A stretch of DNA of 64,000 bases, taken from the NCBI GenBank assembly GCA_048881705.1, contig JBHLSH010000005.1, positions 1 to 64,000 on the forward strand, read 5' to 3'. The DNA is from Candidatus Heimdallarchaeota archaeon (GTDB lineage Archaea; Asgardarchaeota; Heimdallarchaeia; Hodarchaeales; Hodarchaeaceae). Both the position numbers and the translations under genes were made by a program. The notes beneath the pieces were generated by a model. That model had not been told where the DNA came from, did not search any database, and worked only from the letters and a program-made list of their open reading frames with translations. Of this stretch, positions 29,265-38,416 are shown in pieces (the stretch's first letter is position 1; every line of letters begins with the position of its first letter).

Positions 29265-30563
29265 GTGGTTCTGTTCAGGAAAAAAATTGTAAAGTGGAAA
29301 ACCATGGTAAAAAGAATTAGCCTTTCGAAATTGCAGCAATCATTGAAGCAAAATCCGCAATTCATCTTACTTGATGTCCGAACCTATCAGGAATATCGAA
29401 CTGGACACATCCCTGGAGCCAAATCTGTCCCATTACACGAAATCAGCCGAAACGCAGAGAATTTTCCTCAAGATAAGGAAATTGTGGTTTACTGCCAAAA
29501 TGGACCGTGTTCGATGTCGATGAAAGCTGCTTTCGAACTAAAAAAGCTTGGATTTCAAAATATAGCTAAGCTCGAAGGTGGATATGATGAATGGAACATT
29601 AACGGTTATCCTATCGAAAGCGACCAGAAACAACTACAAATATCTCGTGCCTTATCTTATAGACCAATTGATGCTCCAAATCTGGATGCAGTGAAAAACC
29701 TCCATCAATCATTTTCGAAGGATTTTATTCCCTCTGACAAAGTTACAGACTTTCTCGAAGACCTTTCTCCAATCCATACGTTTGAATATTCTCATATAAA
29801 ACGAAAAGATTCCAAATTATCGCTCGGATATGAAATCAAAACTGTAGATGATATTAACGCCATTTATCTAATGGTTAATCCCGATCCACGTAATATTGCA
29901 ACGGTTCCAAGCAATAGCCTGGTTATTTCCCATCATAAAATTAGTTGTTATGATAATTGGATATATGCGGGGATGCTTGATCAAGCACGAGATAATCAGT
30001 TTAATATTTATAACTTTCATTTGGCTTGGGATACGATGGTAGACGGTATTGGGGATTCTTTTTTGTTCCATCTCGAGATTCCGAGAGAACAGATCCGAAA
30101 AGTTGACCTAACTTATAAAGGAGTAAATATTCCAAGATTAGGATCAATTCTTGAATCTACAGTCCCTCTAGAAGAACTCATAACGCGTATGAATGCACTG
30201 AATGTAAATCCTTCAGTCATCGTGAATCCGAAATGTCAAAATGCAACAATCGGGTATGTACCCGGGGGAGGTTTTGTGGACAAAATGATTATTCAAATGG
30301 CGGACTATGGGGTCGATGTCCTGATTAGTAGCGATCCAAATTGGGTGGTCGAAATCATTGCTCGGGAGCTTGGGATGACCCTAGTTGTCATTGATCACTA
30401 TAAAAGCGAACGATATGGTTTGCAGGCAATGCAACAAATCCTGAACGAAGCTTTTCAGGAAACACCCACCATCATCTTGGAAAATTTAGATTCTATTCAG
30501 TGTCCTCCAGACGATTGTCCTTGTTGTGTTGAAGGGCAGATACAAAGCGTACCTGTAAAATAG
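29265..30563 (+). CDS. Rhodanese-NIF3 (YbgI/DUF34) fusion protein; start probably ATG 29304
   Basis: LLDVRT, GHIPGA, VVYCQNG, LEGGYDEW (rhodanese); ISHH, YNFHLAWD, IDHYKSE (NIF3). Confidence 0.82.
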   Translation: MVLFRKKIVKWKTMVKRISLSKLQQSLKQNPQFILLDVRTYQEYRTGHIPGAKSVPLHEISRNAENFPQDKEIVVYCQNGPCSMSMKAAFELKKLGFQNIAKLEGGYDEWNINGYPIESDQKQLQISRALSYRPIDAPNLDAVKNLHQSFSKDFIPSDKVTDFLEDLSPIHTFEYSHIKRKDSKLSLGYEIKTVDDINAIYLMVNPDPRNIATVPSNSLVISHHKISCYDNWIYAGMLDQARDNQFNIYNFHLAWDTMVDGIGDSFLFHLEIPREQIRKVDLTYKGVNIPRLGSILESTVPLEELITRMNALNVNPSVIVNPKCQNATIGYVPGGGFVDKMIIQMADYGVDVLISSDPNWVVEIIARELGMTLVVIDHYKSERYGLQAMQQILNEAFQETPTIILENLDSIQCPPDDCPCCVEGQIQSVPVK

Positions 30564-30619
30564 TAAGGAATTTAGAACAGATGAGCCTGAAAGGGACTCT
30601 CCTGGCTCTGCTATCAAAA

Positions 30620-31141
30620 TCAATCCTTGTAATGCCCGTGTAGGAGTTCAAGCGTTTTCTCATGCGATAACTTTAATACATCAATTAGCTCACAAAACTT
30701 CGTGATCATTGACGCTAGCTCTTGATTGCGAGTATTGCTTTCTCTTGGGATATTCTCAAAGATCTTGAGGAGATCGGCCTTGAGAGAAGCGTCTTGGGCC
30801 ATACTCTGTGTGATTCTATCGACCGTTAATTCCTTGAAGTTTCCCTTTACAAAGTATTTCCTTTCAGCTCTAGCGTTTTCATTGTCTTCTAACATGTATT
30901 TACAAAATCGAAGTTCTAAGAGAAAATCAAGTACTCGCGAGACGGAGCTTTTCGATTTTCCAATTAAGGCGGCAATTTCCTTTTGGGATAGTCCTCTTTC
31001 TGGCGAAGGGGCCCTTAAGAATATAAGGCCAAACACCTGGCCCAACGTTTCGGATCTACCCTTTAATTCATAAAATTTGCTAAATGAATTTATGAAATCT
31101 TTTTCATATTGGTTTAGTTTATTGTATTTGAGCGATACCAC
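30620..31141 (-). CDS. GbsR/MarR-family transcriptional regulator
   Basis: GLSQKEIAALIGKSKSSVSRVLDFL HTH; RKYF wing. Confidence 0.85.
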   Translation of the reverse strand: MVSLKYNKLNQYEKDFINSFSKFYELKGRSETLGQVFGLIFLRAPSPERGLSQKEIAALIGKSKSSVSRVLDFLLELRFCKYMLEDNENARAERKYFVKGNFKELTVDRITQSMAQDASLKADLLKIFENIPRESNTRNQELASMITKFCELIDVLKLSHEKTLELLHGHYKD

Positions 31142-31314
31142 AAGTTATCCCTCGTAATTTTGACTTTCACACTGTTCCAGGTCTATATTATTGGGTAGAA
31201 ATGCATGCAGAACCTTTTTAAACTTTTTCAAAATCGAGAAACTGAATTGCATTAATCTAAGAATGAGTCCTATCATTCTGAAACTTTGTCAATAAGGGCT
31301 TCATGTGATGAAAA

Positions 31315-31929
31315 ATGGACCAACCTAAGATCTTAATAGCATATGGGAGTCGATATGGATGTACCGAAGAAATTTCAATTAAAATCGCAGATTTTTTACA
31401 AGAAAAGGAGCTCCTAACAGCTAAAGTAGTGAATCTAAGAACCACACCTGAGGAGTTTTGGCCCATACCAGATGATTATCAGGGAGTTTTACTTGGGACT
31501 GGAATCCGAATTGGAAAGTGGACAACGGAGGTGGAGTCTTTTCTTAACAGAGTAAAAAGCTCATATTTTACCGAAAAAGGTGTCATTGGGTTCTTCATAA
31601 GCTGCGGTTATGCTGCGGATCCGAAACATTATCCAATAGCAGTACGGACTTTCCTTGAGAAAAAATTTAATGAGATGGCAATTCAACCCGATATCTACGA
31701 AGCATTCGGCGGGATTTTCGATTTTTCATCATCCTCAAGGATTAAGAGTATTGACAAACAGATTCTGAAATGGGGGTCTCGGGATCTACATTTAGAGATC
31801 GATTATGGCAATTATAATGATTATCGAAATTGGGGACGTATTTTCGATTTCAGTCATTCCTTTGCAGAATTGGCAAGGAAGTCCATTATAACACGGAACC
31901 AAAAGCACTCGCTCGTTCATTCCAATTAG
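31315..31929 (+). CDS. Flavodoxin-domain protein (HemG/Flavodoxin_5-like)
   Basis: ILIAYGSRYGCTEEI FMN loop; FGG; DYRNWGRI. Confidence 0.85.
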   Translation: MDQPKILIAYGSRYGCTEEISIKIADFLQEKELLTAKVVNLRTTPEEFWPIPDDYQGVLLGTGIRIGKWTTEVESFLNRVKSSYFTEKGVIGFFISCGYAADPKHYPIAVRTFLEKKFNEMAIQPDIYEAFGGIFDFSSSSRIKSIDKQILKWGSRDLHLEIDYGNYNDYRNWGRIFDFSHSFAELARKSIITRNQKHSLVHSN

Positions 31930-32113
31930 GTCAGCTAAATGACGCGGAAGTTTTCTTTAATCTTGTGCGATGTCGTTCTCCATCAATGCGGTAATTTCAG
32001 GTATAAAACAAACTATGGCTTCTAAAAAAAATGCAGACAAAACTGAGTTTGATTCCCACACTATGTTCTAGGGATAAAAAAAGGATCGTAACCCCCTCCT
32101 CAAACTGCGGAAC

Positions 32114-32383
32114 CTAAATTGTAACTGGGGTGATAGAAACCACTTCAGGGATTACCGCTTTAAGACGTTCAAGAATCCCCCTCTGAAGGGTGATCGATTG
32201 TATCCCACACCCTATACATGCTCCTTCCATGTACACCTGAACGTCTCCGGTTTCTTCGTCAAAATTGACGAAAGTGATTCCACCACCGTGCATTCTCAGA
32301 TATGCACTCATATCCTCTAAGACACGTTCAATTTTTTCGTCCATAGGAAGTTCTTCAAATGGTAATTCTGGTTTTGTGCTCAT
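32114..32383 (-). CDS. NifU/Nfu C-terminal-type Fe-S carrier
   Basis: LRMHGGGI, GACIGC (CxxC), TLQRGI; ATG 32383 preferred over 32434. Confidence 0.9.
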   Translation of the reverse strand: MSTKPELPFEELPMDEKIERVLEDMSAYLRMHGGGITFVNFDEETGDVQVYMEGACIGCGIQSITLQRGILERLKAVIPEVVSITPVTI

Positions 32384-32420
32384 GTTATTTCCTTTCCTTT
32401 CTTTATAATGTCTTATTGAA

Positions 32421-33182
32421 TCAAGCAACGGCAAATTTTTCTATGTAAGGTTCATATCCTTTGTCTTCTAGTTGTAAAGCCAGTTCCGGGCCTCCTGATT
32501 TTACGATCCGTCCATCGACAAATACGTGCACATAATCCGGTTTGATCCATTCCAATATACGCTGGTAATGGGTAATAATAAGAACACCAACACCTTCCTC
32601 CTCTCTGAGTTTGTTTACCCCGTAGGCGACCACTTTAAGAGCGTCAATGTCTAGCCCAGAATCGGGTTCATCTAGGATCGCGATTTCAGGTTTCAGGAGC
32701 AACATCTGAAGAATTTCATTTTTCTTCCGTTCTCCGCCGCTGAATCCTTCATTCACGTAACGATTTATAAATCCAGAGCTCATATCAAGCTCCTTTAGAA
32801 CACGCCGCGTCTCCTTGATTAGTTTTGGAGCTGAGGGCGCCTTTCCCGTCCTTCCTTTAATGGCCGCTAACAAGAAGCTCAATGTGTTCAAACCACTGAT
32901 CGCATGCGGATGTTGAAATCCAAGATATAAGCCTAGATTTGCACGTTCATCAGTGGATAACTCCAAGAGATCTTTTCCCTTATAAGTAAGAGAGCCCTGG
33001 TTTATCTCGTATTTTGGATGGCCCATTATCGCCAGTGCGAGCGTACTTTTCCCCGATCCGTTGGGTCCCATCATCGCATGAGTTTCACCTTTATGCACTT
33101 TGAGGTTCAGCCCTTTGATGATCTTTTTCCCTTCCACAGACACGTGAAGGTTCTTAATCTCTAAAAAGATATCTTCTGACAT
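32421..33182 (-). CDS. sufC: Fe-S assembly ATPase SufC
   Basis: GPNGSGKST, NEGFSGGERKKNE, LDEPDSGLD, LIITHYQRIL. Confidence 0.96.
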   Translation of the reverse strand: MSEDIFLEIKNLHVSVEGKKIIKGLNLKVHKGETHAMMGPNGSGKSTLALAIMGHPKYEINQGSLTYKGKDLLELSTDERANLGLYLGFQHPHAISGLNTLSFLLAAIKGRTGKAPSAPKLIKETRRVLKELDMSSGFINRYVNEGFSGGERKKNEILQMLLLKPEIAILDEPDSGLDIDALKVVAYGVNKLREEEGVGVLIITHYQRILEWIKPDYVHVFVDGRIVKSGGPELALQLEDKGYEPYIEKFAVA

Positions 33183-33206
33183 ATTGATTTCGTCCGTATT
33201 ACAAGA

Positions 33207-33629
33207 TTATGTTCCATTCTTTTCTTTTAACGCGCTAATAGCTCCCTTACGCCCATACTCAGAATAAAGATTTGCTCCTGCTTTAACTATATGCAATCCT
33301 AAAATTGCGCATTTCGTTCTCGTCGGTGTAATTTGTATTCCTAGCAGATCTAACATGAACTGATTGTCCAGTTTCTGTATCTCTTCTAATGTCATTTCCT
33401 CTAGAGCTTCGGCTAAGATATCAGCAGACGCTAAGGAAATTGTACATCCCCGGCCTTCGTAAGAAACTTCTTCTACTTTTTGATCTGGTCCTATGCGGAT
33501 ATAAAATGTAAGTTTATCCCCGCACGAAATGTTTTCGTCACCATGGGCAATATCGGGGTTTTCAAGAATGCCTCGGTACTGTGGATTCTTGAACCGATCT
33601 ATAATGATCTGCCGATACATTTGACTCAT
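33207..33629 (-). CDS. sufU: U-type Fe-S scaffold / sulfur acceptor (SufU/IscU-like)
   Basis: ISCGD, GRGCTIS, RTKCAIL (C36, D38, C62, C107). Confidence 0.88.
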   Translation of the reverse strand: MSQMYRQIIIDRFKNPQYRGILENPDIAHGDENISCGDKLTFYIRIGPDQKVEEVSYEGRGCTISLASADILAEALEEMTLEEIQKLDNQFMLDLLGIQITPTRTKCAILGLHIVKAGANLYSEYGRKGAISALKEKNGT

Positions 33630-33648
33630 CTGACGTTTTCCTCCATCG

Positions 33649-34911
33649 TTATAGGTCGAAGAGTTCTTTAATTTCGTTTAATCCTTCTATCAGACGATCA
33701 ATATCTGCACGCGAATTATAAATGTAGAAACTGGCTCTGGTGGTTGCTGCCAAATCCATACAGGCTAGCAGAGGATGAGCACAGTGCTGTCCAGCTCGGA
33801 CGCAAATGCCGTGTTCATCCAGGATCGAAGCGACATCATGACTATGAACTTCTTTAACGTTGAATGATACCACGCCAGCTCTCCTAACGGGTGGAGGACC
33901 ATATGATTCAATGAAATCAAGCTCTGCAAATCTATTTAGACAGTAGTTTAGGAGATCTTGTTCAATCTTGTGAACTCGTTCCATCCCTATGTTTTCAAGA
34001 TAATCGATCGCGGCTCCGAATCCAATTCCACCTGCAATATTGGATGTTCCTGCCTCAAACTTCCATGGTAGTTCGTTCCACTTAGACTGGTCTACCGTTA
34101 CAGATGAAATCATATCACCACCATATAGAAACGGCGGCATAGTTTCAAGGATATCCCTTTTTCCATATAATGCTCCGACTCCAGTAGGCCCAAGCATTTT
34201 ATGAGCTGAAAATGCAAAAAAATCGGCATCTAGGTCCTTAACGTCAATATTTATGTGGGGCGCGCTTTGTGCGCCGTCGACTACTGCTACTGCTCCGTGG
34301 TCATGCGCAAGTTTAACTAATTCTTTAACGGGAGTAATCGTACCGAGAACATTGCTGACATGGGTAATGGCAAATATCTTGGTTTGATCTGTGATCAGAC
34401 GCTCTGCTTCGCCTACTTCGATTTCGCCATAATCATTAACAGGAATTACCTTGAAATTCGCCCCCGTAAATCCAGCGAGCTGCTGCCAAGGTACAAAATT
34501 GCTATGGTGTTCTAAGTGACTAACAACAATCTCATCCTTCCTAGTGACATTATTCATGCCATACGAATACATGACTAGGTTGAGGGATTCTGTTGCATTT
34601 CGGGTAAAGACTACTTCTTCAAAATCTGCCTTGATAAAGTCTGCAACCTTTTTATGAGCACCCTCATATTCGATTGTCGAACGTTCGCTAATTTCATAAA
34701 TTCCTCGGTGAATGTTAGCATTATATTCTGCATAGTAGGCCTGAACAGCCTCAATAACTTGACGGGGCCTTTGTGAACTTGCCGCGCTGTCCAGATAGAC
34801 CAGGCGCTTGCCATTCCTGCGTGAATTCTTTAGAAGAGGAAAATCATCCAAGATACAATTATGGAATTCTGAAGAATCCGATTCGCTGCTGGAATATTGA
34901 AGATCACTCAA
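33649..34911 (-). CDS. sufS: Cysteine desulfurase SufS
   Basis: YLDSAAS, EHHSN, FSAHKMLGPTG, EAGT, VRAGQHCA. Confidence 0.95.
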   Translation of the reverse strand: MSDLQYSSSESDSSEFHNCILDDFPLLKNSRRNGKRLVYLDSAASSQRPRQVIEAVQAYYAEYNANIHRGIYEISERSTIEYEGAHKKVADFIKADFEEVVFTRNATESLNLVMYSYGMNNVTRKDEIVVSHLEHHSNFVPWQQLAGFTGANFKVIPVNDYGEIEVGEAERLITDQTKIFAITHVSNVLGTITPVKELVKLAHDHGAVAVVDGAQSAPHINIDVKDLDADFFAFSAHKMLGPTGVGALYGKRDILETMPPFLYGGDMISSVTVDQSKWNELPWKFEAGTSNIAGGIGFGAAIDYLENIGMERVHKIEQDLLNYCLNRFAELDFIESYGPPPVRRAGVVSFNVKEVHSHDVASILDEHGICVRAGQHCAHPLLACMDLAATTRASFYIYNSRADIDRLIEGLNEIKELFDL

Positions 34912-35254
34912 CTTTTAGAAACACCTCGTTGTTACGAACGATCACTGGATAAACAGGCAACGGGTTTATTGCAGGAGGTTGGATTACCTCGCCGGTCGTC
35001 ATGTCAAATGTCGCTAAATGGTTCTTGCATGTCACATATTCATCTTGAAATATGCCTTGTTCGGTCAAATCCACTGCCTTATGGGTGCAGAATGCAGATG
35101 TTGCATAAATCTGATTTTCGATCTTTCGTACCATGATCTTACTCTTAGTGTCATCTACCACGACCGAAATCACCTTACCATCTGAGAGATCATCCACGGT
35201 ACACACACGCACTTCCATTGGCTTAACCAATTGTTTTGGGCTTCTGAGTATCAT
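34904..35254 (-). CDS. Rieske-type ferredoxin
   Basis: CTH ... CKNH ligand set; overlaps both neighbouring suf genes. Confidence 0.9.
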   Translation of the reverse strand: MILRSPKQLVKPMEVRVCTVDDLSDGKVISVVVDDTKSKIMVRKIENQIYATSAFCTHKAVDLTEQGIFQDEYVTCKNHLATFDMTTGEVIQPPAINPLPVYPVIVRNNEVFLKVE

Positions 35255-36666
35255 TATTCATCAATACTATAAAAAGCCCCATAGGTCTCTAGATCTTTCG
35301 ATTGAGGTAATCCTTTGAATTGCCAGCCGTAAGCTCTTTCCTGGTGCCACTTTTCAAGGGCTGCTTGCCGTATAAGGTGAGATATACGTTTTTCCCCAAA
35401 CTTAGACAAGATCGGTTCCAAATAGCTCAATAAAACCAATCTGCGTGCCCTAGATTCCGGAATTCCGCGTGATAAAAGGTAAAAAATCTGTTCTTCATCC
35501 ACCTGACTTACAGTTGCCGCATGAGCGGCCCGTACCTCGTTATTATCGATAGCCAAGGCGGGCACAGCATTAAATTGCCCCTTATCTTGCAACAATCCCT
35601 CCGCTTTAAGCCAAGAGTCGGCATTTTTTCCTTTGGCTTCGATATGAATCAAACCTCGCAAGGTACTCTCTGCTCGATCCCGCATAATACATCGAGCGTT
35701 GGTGGCCCCGATCGTGCTTTCAGCTTGGTGAGTAAGCTGGGATTTGATATCGAATCGTTGGCGTTCGGTGCCGTGCATCGTGTATAAATCGTGTGCATCA
35801 CACCCAGAACCACTTAGAAACAATTCATTGGACATTCGCGTGAATGCACTTCCTTGAAGGTGACAAAGCGATTCAAACTTCCCGCTCGGTTTAAAACCTA
35901 CTCGTCTACTCACAAAAAGGCCCGCTGATAATGCCAGATTTTGAAGTTGCCCCATCTTTACTTGAGCATTTGCTCCGACATGAACTTCTTCTACGAGACT
36001 TAGCAGATGTGGGGTTTTTACTATCTGGTCGGAATAAAGTTCTTCGATTAAACTGATTGAACTATTCGATTCAGTGTAGATTAGAAGTTCGGAAAACATT
36101 CCAGCAGATGGCGCATCGTGAATCACCAGTCGCCTGATTGGGTTTTCCAAGATAACGTTTTTTGGGACATAAAGTAGAGTTCTATTCGTAGCTAGTGCGC
36201 CATTTAGAGCTGCAAGTTTATCGTCATGTTTTCCATACAACCGTTTGTTTAACAGCGGTGAAACTGTCTCATAGCTGTTTTTTATGGCTTCTTTGAGTTC
36301 AGTGAGAATTATTCCACCATCAAGAGCAGCTTTGGATAAATAAACATTTTTAACTCCAGCACTTGTCTCTATAATCAAAGCAGAGGTGTCTCGTTTCAAA
36401 ATGTCTAATCTCTGTTTAATCTCAGCGGGAATAGGCGTTGATTTCAAGGATGGGATGGAAGGCCTCAATTGCGTGAAATCGAGTCCTGTGAATTTTGTGT
36501 ATTTGTAGAATAGAGTATCTCTATCTACTGGTAGGCTTTGATAGGCCTTGAATGCGTTCTTTCGGTACTGAAGGAAAGACTTTGGTTCCTCACGACTCTC
36601 TGCGATAGAGAGAGGGGTGGTTCCATCTACTTCAGCCAATTGAATCTCTTGCACTTGGCTGGACAT
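35254..36666 (-). CDS. sufD: Fe-S assembly protein SufD
   Basis: SufBD beta-helix; RGLIHI, PALAIDNNEVRAAHAATV, FYLLSRGI. Confidence 0.9.
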   Translation of the reverse strand: MSSQVQEIQLAEVDGTTPLSIAESREEPKSFLQYRKNAFKAYQSLPVDRDTLFYKYTKFTGLDFTQLRPSIPSLKSTPIPAEIKQRLDILKRDTSALIIETSAGVKNVYLSKAALDGGIILTELKEAIKNSYETVSPLLNKRLYGKHDDKLAALNGALATNRTLLYVPKNVILENPIRRLVIHDAPSAGMFSELLIYTESNSSISLIEELYSDQIVKTPHLLSLVEEVHVGANAQVKMGQLQNLALSAGLFVSRRVGFKPSGKFESLCHLQGSAFTRMSNELFLSGSGCDAHDLYTMHGTERQRFDIKSQLTHQAESTIGATNARCIMRDRAESTLRGLIHIEAKGKNADSWLKAEGLLQDKGQFNAVPALAIDNNEVRAAHAATVSQVDEEQIFYLLSRGIPESRARRLVLLSYLEPILSKFGEKRISHLIRQAALEKWHQERAYGWQFKGLPQSKDLETYGAFYSIDE

Positions 36667-36679
36667 CGTTTCCCTGTCC

Positions 36680-38074
36680 TTACCCTACGCTACCTTCCAT
36701 TTGAAGTTGAACCAGTCTATTGAGTTCTACAGCGTAGTCCATTGGTAATTCTTTGACGAATGGCTCAAAGAATCCCATAACGATCATACTGAGGGCATCA
36801 TTCTCATTAATGCCTCGAGACATGAGGTAGAAAAGCTGATCCTCTCCTATCTTACCGACGGTTGCTTCGTGACTAATGGTCGCATCTTCTCGATTTGTTT
36901 CGATATATGGGAATGTATCAGAGGTACTCTCCTCGTTCAAAAGCAGGGCGTCACATACAACGTTGGATGATATATTCTTCGCCGTAGGGGATACTCTAAC
37001 AAGACCCCGATAGGTAGTCTTGCCTGATCCTCGGGAAATGGACTTATTGATGATTCGAGATTTTGTATCGGGTGCAAGATGGATCATCTTGGCCCCAGCA
37101 TCTTGATGTTGACCCGTTCCTGCATAAGCCACAGAAATAACCTCGCCGCGAGCACCCTGGCCCATCAAGTAAATAGAGGGATATTTCATTGTAAGTTTGC
37201 TGCCGAGATTTCCGTCAATCCATTCTATGTGCGCGTTTTTATACGCAAACCCACGTTTCGTTACCAGATTATAGACATTATTCGACCAATTCTGAATGGT
37301 TGTATATCGGATCCTTGCGTCTTCCATTGCGATTAATTCAACCACGGCAGAGTGTAAGGAATCCGTACTATAAATTGGGGCAGTACATCCCTCCACATAA
37401 TGTACATCTGCGCCTTTTTCTGCAATAATCAGAGTCCGTTCAAATTGGCCAACGTTTTTGGCATTAATCCGGAAATAAGCCTGGAGAGGAACATCTACTT
37501 TAGTATTGCGTGGCACTAGGATAAAAGAGCCTCCGCTCCACACTGCACTGTTTAATGATGCGAATTTATTGTCGTCCTTGGGAACTACGGTCCCGAAGTA
37601 TTCTAGGAACACGTCTTCATATTCCTTGAGCCCCGTGTCTGTGTCCAGGAACACCACTCCGAGCTTTTCTAGGTCTTCACGTAGTTTATGATAGACAACT
37701 TCTGAATCATACTGTGCTCCAAGTCCGGCCAGAAATTTACGTTCGGCTTCAGGAACACCCAATCTATCGAAAGTACTCTTAATTGCATCAGGGACGTCAT
37801 CCCAGGTTTTTTCGGCATGATCAGTATAGCGTACATAGTAGGTGAGATCATTAAAATCGATTTGTCCCAATTCGTCACCCCACCGCGGGAGGGGGGTGTC
37901 GGTGAAGTGTTTCAAGGATTCTAGCCGAAAATCGAGCATCCAACTCGGTTCATTCTTAATGCGAGAGATTTCACGGACAACTTTTTCCGTTAATCCTCTC
38001 TCAGTTCGAAATATATCTTCCTCTGGATCAGCCCATCCAGCCGTATACTCCTTTTCAGGAATGTCTTTATACAT
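36680..38074 (-). CDS. sufB: Fe-S assembly protein SufB
   Basis: [49 protein letters not shown]. Confidence 0.97.
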   Translation of the reverse strand: MYKDIPEKEYTAGWADPEEDIFRTERGLTEKVVREISRIKNEPSWMLDFRLESLKHFTDTPLPRWGDELGQIDFNDLTYYVRYTDHAEKTWDDVPDAIKSTFDRLGVPEAERKFLAGLGAQYDSEVVYHKLREDLEKLGVVFLDTDTGLKEYEDVFLEYFGTVVPKDDNKFASLNSAVWSGGSFILVPRNTKVDVPLQAYFRINAKNVGQFERTLIIAEKGADVHYVEGCTAPIYSTDSLHSAVVELIAMEDARIRYTTIQNWSNNVYNLVTKRGFAYKNAHIEWIDGNLGSKLTMKYPSIYLMGQGARGEVISVAYAGTGQHQDAGAKMIHLAPDTKSRIINKSISRGSGKTTYRGLVRVSPTAKNISSNVVCDALLLNEESTSDTFPYIETNREDATISHEATVGKIGEDQLFYLMSRGINENDALSMIVMGFFEPFVKELPMDYAVELNRLVQLQMEGSVG

Positions 38075-38187
38075 CTAATTAACCTTCTAAGACAGATAAC
38101 TTTTTATTTTTTCGGAAGATAATGTACCTAACGAAATTAGTGCTTCCTCAGCGTTGAATTTGGGATATTCAAAGGTATAGTGGGAGC

Positions 38188-38252
38188 TAACAGCGTTTTA
38201 GCTGTTAATCTAGCACAATGTTCGTAGTTCTTATCCAGTTAACAATTGTTAA
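38188..38252. promoter_or_regulatory. Two inverted repeats sharing TAACA/TGTTA half-sites in the sufB/htpG divergent region
   Basis: TAACAGC-N6-GCTGTTA (38188-38207) and the perfect palindrome TTAACAATTGTTAA (38239-38252). Confidence 0.45.
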
Positions 38253-38416
38253 TATCCCGTATTTAAAGTTAATTGTGTGAATACATGGTGTAAATTTCCG
38301 CGGAACTACCGATCAGAATTGGAAGCGTGGAGGAATTCATTACAATATGACCACGATTACTCGAATTACGGGAAGAAATCACTTGGTAAAAAACCATTCG
38401 ATTGGAGAGGCAATTC

